Both the position numbers and the translations under genes were made by a program. The notes under the pieces were generated by a model, which saw only the letters and a list, made by a program, of their open reading frames with translations, was not told the origin of the DNA and ran no database searches. From Myxococcota bacterium (GTDB lineage: Bacteria > Myxococcota > JACRCW01), in the NCBI GenBank assembly GCA_040752415.1, contig JBFMGU010000005.1, positions 2,988 to 66,987 of the forward strand: a stretch of DNA of 64,000 nt. The letters are read 5' to 3'. Positions 1 to 6,792 of this stretch are shown piece after piece (within the stretch, counting starts at the first letter, position 1; each line of letters opens with the position of its first letter).

Positions 1-353
1 TATGGGACGTGGCCCTGACGCTTGTGACACGTGCGCGCCACCTGCAGCAGGTTGCGTCCGTCGAGGAATTCCATCACCAACGCCTCGGCGCCGGGCGTCT
101 GGCTCACCTCCAGCACACGGACGATGTTGGGATGCTTGAGGAGCTGCACCAGCCGCTGCTCCTGCAGGAACATGTCCACGAACATGCGGTCCGCGGACAG
201 GTCCGACCGGAGCCGCTTGATGACGACGAGCTTCCCGTCCGGTCCCGTCGCCCGCGCCAGGTACAGCGTGGCCATGCCGCCCTGGGCCAGTCGGTCCATG
301 ACGGTGTAGCCGGGCAGCGTGAAGTCCGCGGCGGATGGCTGGGAAGTCGTCAT
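1..353 (-). CDS. Hanks-type Ser/Thr protein kinase, N-terminal part (runs off window start; not in the ORF track)
   Basis: Manual translation from ATG at 353: MTTSQPSAADFTLPGYTVMDRLAQGGMATLYLARATGPDGKLVVIKRL...MFLQEQRLVQLLKHPNIVRVLEV...LVMEFLDGRNL, matching kinase subdomains I-V. Confidence 0.9.
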   Translation of the reverse strand, partial: MTTSQPSAADFTLPGYTVMDRLAQGGMATLYLARATGPDGKLVVIKRLRSDLSADRMFVDMFLQEQRLVQLLKHPNIVRVLEVSQTPGAEALVMEFLDGRNLLQVARTCHKRQGHVP

Positions 354-556
354 GGAGACCCGGCCGGGAGCATCCCCAGTGTGACGCGGGCGGTCAAATC
401 CGGGCCCCCGCGGGATTGCCCGGGCCACGTTTCAGCGCCGACGCCGCCCTGCTTCAGGATGTTTCACGCGGCGCACCCCCCGGGTACGTTTGTCGACGAG
501 CGGCACACCGGCGCTCCGGGTGGCATGCGGCTTGTAGCCCGACGGGGGGAGGCATC

Positions 557-1831
557 ATGACGCGTGGGCGTGGGCTTGGCCGTCGGGATCTGCTGAAGCT
601 GGCGGGTGTAGGCGCGGGGATGCTGGCCGCGGGTGCGCGCGCGTCCACGTCCACGCAGGTGGAACAGCCGCTGCCGGCCTTCACCGGACCGGGGCCCAAT
701 CCCTACTGGAACTCGGTGGGACCGCTGGTGACGCTCCCGGAGAAGTCGCCACTCATCCAGCTCACCGACCGGCCCGTGCAGCTTGAGACGCCGCGTCACC
801 ATTTCCTGCACGCTTTCACGCCGGCCTCCGCGTTCTTTGTGCGGTGGCACCTGGATGGGCATCCCACGCGCGTGGACCTGGCCACCTGGCGCCTGCAGCT
901 CGACGGACACGTGGAACGACCGCAGCAGTGGTCCTTGGCCGATCTGTTTCAGCGTTTCAAGCCTGTTTCAGTGGCGGCGGTGAACCAGTGCTCGGGCAAT
1001 TCCCGCAGCAGGTTCGAGCCGCGCATCCCCGGCGCGCAGTGGGGCCACGGTGCCATGGGCTGCGCGCTGTGGACCGGCGTGCGTCTCCGCGACCTGCTCT
1101 CCGCCGCGGGCATCAAGCGCGGTGCCGTGCACCTGCAGTGTGAAGGCCTGGACCGCGGGCGCGGGCCGGAGGGGATGGGCTCGCAGCGCTACCTGAAGTC
1201 GCTCCCGGTGGATTCCGAGGTGGCGCAGGAAGCGCTCGTGGCGTGGAGCATGAACGGTGAGCCGCTGCCGTTGCTCAATGGTTTCCCGCTGCGCCTCGTC
1301 GTGCCGGGCCATTTCTCGACGTACTGGGTCAAATCACTGACCAACATCCGCGTGCTCACCGAGGAGGACAAGAACTTCTGGATGGCCACCGCGTACAAGA
1401 TTCCCGACAACCCGCGCGGTCACATCACGCCGGAAGGCGCCAAGCAGGCGTTCCACAAGGTTCCCATTGGCCGGATGCCACTCCGCTCCTTCATCATCGC
1501 GCCCGACGGAACGCAGAAGATTCCCGCCGGCATGCCGGTGACGGTGCGTGGCATTGCGTTCTCCGGTCGTGACGGTGTTCGTCGCGTGGAGCTCTCCGCC
1601 GACGGAGGACAAACCTGGCAGGACGCGACGCTGGGCGAGGACCATGGCAACCACGCGTTCCGCACCTGGACCACCGCGTGGACGCCGACGTCACCCGGCG
1701 AGACAGAACTGGTGGTGCGCGCCACCGACAAGGCGGGGAGCGTGCAGACCGACGATCCTTTGTGGAACCCGGGTGGCTACATGATGGCTCGGTGGGATCG
1801 GCAGAAGATCGTCGTGGGGAGGTCCGCATGA
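557..1831 (+). CDS. Sulfite oxidase family molybdopterin enzyme, SorA/SoxC-like, Tat-exported
   Basis: Twin-Arg signal GRRDLLK; FFVRWH; Mo-ligand Cys in NQCSGNSR; LNGFPLRLVVPGHFSTYWVK; C-terminal Ig-like dimerisation domain; GGAGG RBS before ATG 557. Confidence 0.9.
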   Translation: MTRGRGLGRRDLLKLAGVGAGMLAAGARASTSTQVEQPLPAFTGPGPNPYWNSVGPLVTLPEKSPLIQLTDRPVQLETPRHHFLHAFTPASAFFVRWHLDGHPTRVDLATWRLQLDGHVERPQQWSLADLFQRFKPVSVAAVNQCSGNSRSRFEPRIPGAQWGHGAMGCALWTGVRLRDLLSAAGIKRGAVHLQCEGLDRGRGPEGMGSQRYLKSLPVDSEVAQEALVAWSMNGEPLPLLNGFPLRLVVPGHFSTYWVKSLTNIRVLTEEDKNFWMATAYKIPDNPRGHITPEGAKQAFHKVPIGRMPLRSFIIAPDGTQKIPAGMPVTVRGIAFSGRDGVRRVELSADGGQTWQDATLGEDHGNHAFRTWTTAWTPTSPGETELVVRATDKAGSVQTDDPLWNPGGYMMARWDRQKIVVGRSA

Positions 1832-2670
1832 AGGCCTCGCGTCTGCTGGTGCTCCTCGCGCTCGGCGGGTGCGAGCAATCCCTTCCGCCTCCCGCTCCGA
1901 CGACGGCTGCGCCCCCCACTCCGGCAAAGCCGGCCGACGAGCCTCACGGAATGGGCACGCTGCGTCAGCCCGCGCCGCAACCCGCCCTGCCCCACGCGAC
2001 GTACGCCGTGGCGGGATTCCCGCTCAACACGCCGCCACTTGCGGAAGGGAATGACCGGGAGCTCGTCGAGCAGCACTGTTCCGTGTGTCACGCCACCACG
2101 TACATCACCATGCAGCCGCCGCTGTCCCGCGAGGCGTGGCAGGCCACGGTCAACAAGATGCTCCAGGCCTATGGCGCCCGCATCAGCGACGACGTGGCCA
2201 GCCGAGTGGTGAACTACCTGGCCGCGCACTATGCGCCCGACACCCGCGTGGAAACGCCGCGCAACGTCGGCAGCGACGTGGGGCCGGCGGTGTTCACGCG
2301 TGAATGCCGGATGTGCCACCAGGAGGGAGGGACCGGTTTGGCGGGTGTTTTTCCCCCGCTGAAGGGTCACGCACCGCTGCTGCTTGCCTCACCGGAGCGT
2401 CGGGCGCACCTCATCGACGTGGTGCTGCACGGGCTCAGTGGTGAGATCCAGGTGCAGGGGCAGCGCTACGTGGGTGCCATGCCATCCATGTCGCGCCTCT
2501 CCGACGAGGAGATTGCCGCGGTGCTCAACCACGTCACTCGCGCGTGGGGCAATGATGCGCTGCTTGCCGCGGGTGTGACGCCAATTCGTCCCGACGAGGT
2601 CGGTGCGCGGCGCGGGTCGGGACAGACGGCGGAGCTCAACCATGTGCGACGTGCTTCACTCGGCCTCTGA
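1828..2670 (+). CDS. Dihaem c-type cytochrome lipoprotein (SorB-like domain fused to a c552-like domain)
   Basis: ATGA overlap with upstream gene; lipobox-like LGGC; CSVCH followed by YITMQPPL...WQATVNKM; second CRMCH followed by GVFPPL...GAMPS. Confidence 0.85.
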   Translation: MKASRLLVLLALGGCEQSLPPPAPTTAAPPTPAKPADEPHGMGTLRQPAPQPALPHATYAVAGFPLNTPPLAEGNDRELVEQHCSVCHATTYITMQPPLSREAWQATVNKMLQAYGARISDDVASRVVNYLAAHYAPDTRVETPRNVGSDVGPAVFTRECRMCHQEGGTGLAGVFPPLKGHAPLLLASPERRAHLIDVVLHGLSGEIQVQGQRYVGAMPSMSRLSDEEIAAVLNHVTRAWGNDALLAAGVTPIRPDEVGARRGSGQTAELNHVRRASLGL

Positions 2671-2724
2671 CTGGCCTGGGGAAGGCCGCGACGGCCATGG
2701 GAAAGCGCGGATCAGCTACCGCGG

Positions 2725-3012
2725 TTCCCGTTGAAGTTGTCGCGCCTCGTGACCTCCGGGTCGCAGCTGGCGCACCGCTGGTCCGAGCGAAAGCGGCACT
2801 TCATGCCGCAGTCCGAAAGGGTGCGGGCACCGCTCCGATTCGTGGAATTGCGAACGCCCGCACCCGTGCCACGTCGGGGAACGTGCCGGCCCGTCCACGA
2901 GAGCGAACGCTGCCGGCACTTTCGGACTGCGGCATGAAGTGCCGCTTTCCCTTGGACCAACGCGGCGACCTCCGCCGGATGGAGCCACGCAGCGTGACAA
3001 CTTCAACGGGAA
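2725..3012. repeat. Nested inverted-repeat element (REP/MITE-like)
   Basis: Outer IR TTCCCGTTGAAGTTGTC(G/A)CGC at 2725-2745 and 2992-3012; inner IR containing AAAGCGGCACTTCATGCCGCAGTCCGAAAG at about 2781-2819 and 2912-2958. Confidence 0.85.
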
Positions 3013-3082
3013 GCACGGAGCGGCTCCCGTTGGAGTTGGCCGTGGCGGAGGGTGAACCTGGCACCTGCGAAGCGCTGGTTAC

Positions 3083-3220
3083 TGGCCGCGGAATCGCAGA
3101 CAAGAATGGCTGCGCCACGGGGAATGACGCCGTCGATATCGTGAACCTGCGGGCATCGGTGGTCGAAGCGCCTTCAAATTCCCCGTGGCGCAGCCATTCT
3201 TGTCTGCGATTCCACGGCCA
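3083..3220. repeat. 43-bp inverted repeat pair (REP-like family 2)
   Basis: TGGCCGCGGAATCGCAGACAAGAATGGCTGCGCCACGGGGAAT (3083-3125) and its reverse complement with one mismatch (3178-3220). Confidence 0.85.
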
Positions 3221-3281
3221 AGGGCCATCACTTCCCCCGTCACTCTGAATGGGAACCGCGATATGAGGGCGCTGGGCATGT

Positions 3282-4145
3282 TCAACGTAGCGCAGCGCCG
3301 CCCCTGCCCTCCGTCAGCAACGCGTCGACGATGCCGTGGAACACCGCCCTCTCGCCCTCCTGACCCACCGCCGCAATCGGCGTTCCCTCGTCGCATGCCA
3401 CGCGGATGCGCTCGTCCAAGGGGATCTCCCCCAGGAACGGCACGCCGTAATCCTCCGCCAGCATCCGTCCCCCGCCCTCCCCAAAGGGCCGGTACACCAC
3501 TCCCGTGTCCGGCGCGACGAAGCAGCTCATGTTCTCCACCACGCCCTTCACCGGCACGCCCACCTCCAGGAGCATGCGCAGGGCGCGACGCACGTCGTCG
3601 GTGGCCACGGTCTGCGGCGTGGTCAGGACCACTGCGCCGGTGATGGGGAGCTCCTGCGCCATGGTGAGCTGCACGTCGCCCGTGCCCGGCGGCATGTCGA
3701 TGATCAGGTAGTCCAGCGGGCCCCAGGCCACGTCGTCCAGCAGCTGGATGATGGCCGCGGTGGCCACCGACGAACGCCAGATGAGCGGCGTGTCCGACTC
3801 CGGCATGGTCAGCCCCACGCTCATCACCTTCATCCCAAAGTTCTCCGCCGGGACCATCTTTCCGTCGTCATTCCACCGCACGCGCTCGTCCTCCACCTGC
3901 AGCATGCGCGGAACGCTGGGCCCGTACACGTCGGCATCCAGGATGCCCACCACAAACCCGCGCTGCGCCAACGTGCTGGCCACGTTCACCGCCACGGTGC
4001 TCTTGCCCACGCCACCTTTCCCGCTGGTGAACACCAGGACGTTCTTCGCCCACGGAGCGCGGTTGTGCGGAGCACGCGTGTGTCCCCAGGTGATGTCCGG
4101 CTCCTCGCCTTGCTGGCGCGGACGGCCAATCTGGACCAGCGCCAT
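3282..4145 (-). CDS. mrp: Mrp/ApbC/NBP35 family Fe-S cluster carrier ATPase
   Basis: SGKGGVGKST, DADVYGPS, DMPPGTGD, GVVENMS motifs; start overlaps upstream stop (TGATG). Confidence 0.93.
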   Translation of the reverse strand: MALVQIGRPRQQGEEPDITWGHTRAPHNRAPWAKNVLVFTSGKGGVGKSTVAVNVASTLAQRGFVVGILDADVYGPSVPRMLQVEDERVRWNDDGKMVPAENFGMKVMSVGLTMPESDTPLIWRSSVATAAIIQLLDDVAWGPLDYLIIDMPPGTGDVQLTMAQELPITGAVVLTTPQTVATDDVRRALRMLLEVGVPVKGVVENMSCFVAPDTGVVYRPFGEGGGRMLAEDYGVPFLGEIPLDERIRVACDEGTPIAAVGQEGERAVFHGIVDALLTEGRGGAALR

Positions 4146-4549
4146 CACAGACACCCCTTGAAGGCACCCGGCTTCGGCTTGCGCGCCACGGTGTATTCCT
4201 CGACGTCAACCGTGGCCACGCCGGTCTTCTTGTCCAACTTCACCACCTTGCCGGTGAAGTCGATGCTTCCGCCGCCGAACGCCTTCTCCAGCTCAAAGCG
4301 GAACACCTTGCGGGAGGAGATCCGGTAGATCTGCATCTCCGCCACGTCGACAACGACGATCTCCTTCTGCGCCTCCGCCAGCGGACACGCCGTGATGCCA
4401 TCCAGCTTGCCGCTCTCGCGTGCCGCCAGCGCGCAGGAGAGCGCGGTCACCGCACCGGACGTGACCTCCACCTCCTCGCCCTTCTCCACGGCACCCGCTG
4501 GGACAGCCGCCAACAACACCGCCACGGAGAAACCAATGACCCGTCTCAT
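4145..4549 (-). CDS. Small secreted protein with C-terminal KPKPGAFKGCL tail
   Basis: Sec-type signal peptide; two internal Cys plus penultimate Cys; translationally coupled on both sides; GGAGG RBS. Confidence 0.8.
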   Translation of the reverse strand: MRRVIGFSVAVLLAAVPAGAVEKGEEVEVTSGAVTALSCALAARESGKLDGITACPLAEAQKEIVVVDVAEMQIYRISSRKVFRFELEKAFGGGSIDFTGKVVKLDKKTGVATVDVEEYTVARKPKPGAFKGCL

Positions 4550-5730
4550 GGGGCCTCCTCCTGTTCCGTCGACGTCGTGACGCCCAGCGTGCGCAGGTAC
4601 GCCACCATCGCCGCCACGTCCTCCTTGGACATCGTCCCGAACGAGGGCATGCGCGAAACCCGTTTTCCCTGCGCATCCACCGTCGACCAGTCGGATAGAC
4701 CGCTGGTGGGGAAGACCTCCGTCACGCCCGGGGCCTGCGGACGGCGCAGGTGCTGATTGGGATTGGGCGAAGGCACCACCACCTCACTGGGCTGCGTGAT
4801 GGAATCCCGGAGGTAGGACGGGCTGGCAATGCCGCCAATGGTGGTGAGGTCCGGCGCCATGCCCGGAGCCGCCAGCCGCTTCTCACCGACGTGATGGCAC
4901 GCCACGCACACCGACTCCACCAGGATCCTTCCCTTGGCCACGTCGCCCAGGTCGCCTGGCCGGTGGCCCCACGCCACTTCGTTCACATAGCGTTCACTTA
5001 GCGCGCGGTTGGGAACGCGCAGGAACTTCCACGCGGTCAACGACTTGTTGCCACCTCGCTCGCTGTGGTTCCCGTCCCAGACCGCCAGCGCAAACGGAAT
5101 GAGCCCCTGACGCAGGTCACCGCCATGCGCCACGAGCGGACGGACGAAGACGGCGCGCCAGCGGTGCGTGGTGACGTCGTAGCCCAGCGACATCCGCACT
5201 CCGTCCATCGCCGCACGCGTGGAGGACCCGAAGCCGGCCGCCACCGCGGTGCGCACCACTTGGCCCGTCGACGCGGCGCGCTGGTGGTAGAGCACCACCG
5301 GGTTCGCCTCATCCCCCATGCCCACGTACGGCAGGCGGATGCCCTCACCGAAGCGCTGGGGAACCTGCAGCGCCACTGCGTCGCCAAAGACGCTCGTCTC
5401 ATCGGGGCGAATGCGATCCTCCGTGGCGTCCTCCCACTCCACGTGGACACCAATCTCGCTCGACGAGACCGCAGCGCGGACGGACAGCTTCCTCGGCTTC
5501 GCCGTTTGCAGCGCCGCGTTCGCCACCTTGTCGTTGAGATGCAATGAATGTTGGGGATAGGCGAGCACGGTGGCCGGTGGAATGGATCTCCACAGCGCGT
5601 CGTCAACGCGGTCAGGAATGGGGCCCTTCACCTCCTGCACCAGCACCGTCTCCGACGTCATGAATGGATCCCCGGCACTGGCGCTCACCACCGCCTGCAA
5701 GCCCACCATGACGAACAGCAGCGTTCCCAC
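4546..5730 (-). CDS. Type II DMSO reductase family gamma subunit (EbdC/DdhC/SerC-like haem b domain) fused to a cytochrome c domain
   Basis: EWEDATED, DAVALQVP, PYVGMGD (Met), AVWDG...ERGGNKS (Lys) resemble the EB_dh haem-b domain; C-terminal CVACH...MPSF. Confidence 0.85.
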   Translation of the reverse strand: MGTLLFVMVGLQAVVSASAGDPFMTSETVLVQEVKGPIPDRVDDALWRSIPPATVLAYPQHSLHLNDKVANAALQTAKPRKLSVRAAVSSSEIGVHVEWEDATEDRIRPDETSVFGDAVALQVPQRFGEGIRLPYVGMGDEANPVVLYHQRAASTGQVVRTAVAAGFGSSTRAAMDGVRMSLGYDVTTHRWRAVFVRPLVAHGGDLRQGLIPFALAVWDGNHSERGGNKSLTAWKFLRVPNRALSERYVNEVAWGHRPGDLGDVAKGRILVESVCVACHHVGEKRLAAPGMAPDLTTIGGIASPSYLRDSITQPSEVVVPSPNPNQHLRRPQAPGVTEVFPTSGLSDWSTVDAQGKRVSRMPSFGTMSKEDVAAMVAYLRTLGVTTSTEQEEAP

Positions 5731-5733
5731 GAC

Positions 5734-6783
5734 TCACCTCACCGGCGGCGCGGAGACCGCCTTCACGCCACGGCGACCAATCTGCACGAGGCCGTTCTCC
5801 TGCGGCGCGCCAATCCGGAACATCTCGCTGTGCTTGTACGCAATGAGAACGTCCATGAGCTCGGAGCGCTTGCCCTCCTTGCGCTTCTTCATCTCCTTCT
5901 CCAACGTCGCCAGCGCGGGACGCACGCCGCTGCCAAACAGGCTCTCCAGGTAGGAGATGGGAATGCGCTCACTGTTGGGAATGGGCTTGCCGTCCTTGTC
6001 GAACTTGGGCGGGCCCGGGAGTGGGGGCACGTAGAAGACGTTGGGCTGCGTGCCGTACTCGGGATGCAGCGGCAGCGCGACCTTGTACTCATTTACCAGC
6101 TTGTGGACCTGCCCGTCCTTGTCGTCGAGGTAGCCGACGAAGCGGATGCGTCCCACGCACTGCTGAGCGCACGCCGGCGGCAGTCCCTTCTCGACGCGCG
6201 GAAAGCAGAAGATGCACTTCTCCGACTTATAGATCTTCGGGTTGAAATAGACCTTCTTGTACGGACACCCGGCAATGCAATAGCGCAGCCCCTCGCACCG
6301 CTGCTGGTCGACGAGAACCACGCCGTCCTGGTCCCGTTTGAAGATGGCCCCTCGAGGACACGCGGCCAGGCATCCCGGGTTGGAGCAGTGGTTGCAGATG
6401 CGCGGCAGGTAGAAGAGGTGGGAATTCGGGAACTCACCCGCGCCTTCATCTTCGTCCCAGTTGGGCCCCACGCGCGGGGTTCCCTGCGGTTCAATCTCGT
6501 GGCCCAGGGCGGCTTCGTCGAGATTCAGATCCCACGGCGTGCCGTAATCGGCGGAACGGTTGGGCACCACGCCTTCTTGCAGGTTGCCCGCGGCGTCAAA
6601 GCCTCCTCCCATGTCCTCCCACTTGCGCGGATAGCCGGCGCCCGGCTTCGTCTCGACGTTGTTCCAATACATGTATTCGCGGCCATTGCGATTGGTCCAC
6701 TGGGTCTTGCAGGCCACGGTGCACGTCTGGCAGCCAATGCACTTGTTCAGGTCCATCACCATGGCCAGTTGTCGCTTGGACAT
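5734..6783 (-). CDS. Type II DMSO reductase family beta (Fe-S) subunit, NarH/SerB/EbdB-like
   Basis: DLNKCIGCQTCTVAC; WNNVETKPG; CNHCSNPGCLAACP; CEGLRYCIAGCPYKK (3Fe-4S type); CIFCFPR...CAQQCVGRIR; HPEYGTQPNVFYVPP. Confidence 0.95.
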   Translation of the reverse strand: MSKRQLAMVMDLNKCIGCQTCTVACKTQWTNRNGREYMYWNNVETKPGAGYPRKWEDMGGGFDAAGNLQEGVVPNRSADYGTPWDLNLDEAALGHEIEPQGTPRVGPNWDEDEGAGEFPNSHLFYLPRICNHCSNPGCLAACPRGAIFKRDQDGVVLVDQQRCEGLRYCIAGCPYKKVYFNPKIYKSEKCIFCFPRVEKGLPPACAQQCVGRIRFVGYLDDKDGQVHKLVNEYKVALPLHPEYGTQPNVFYVPPLPGPPKFDKDGKPIPNSERIPISYLESLFGSGVRPALATLEKEMKKRKEGKRSELMDVLIAYKHSEMFRIGAPQENGLVQIGRRGVKAVSAPPVR

Positions 6784-6792
6784 GGATCCTCC

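Noticed and set aside
2697-3260. ORFs or a CRISPR array in the repeat-rich gap
   Set aside because: The repeats are inverted, not direct with unique spacers. There are no cas genes, and the ORFs are translations of palindromes.
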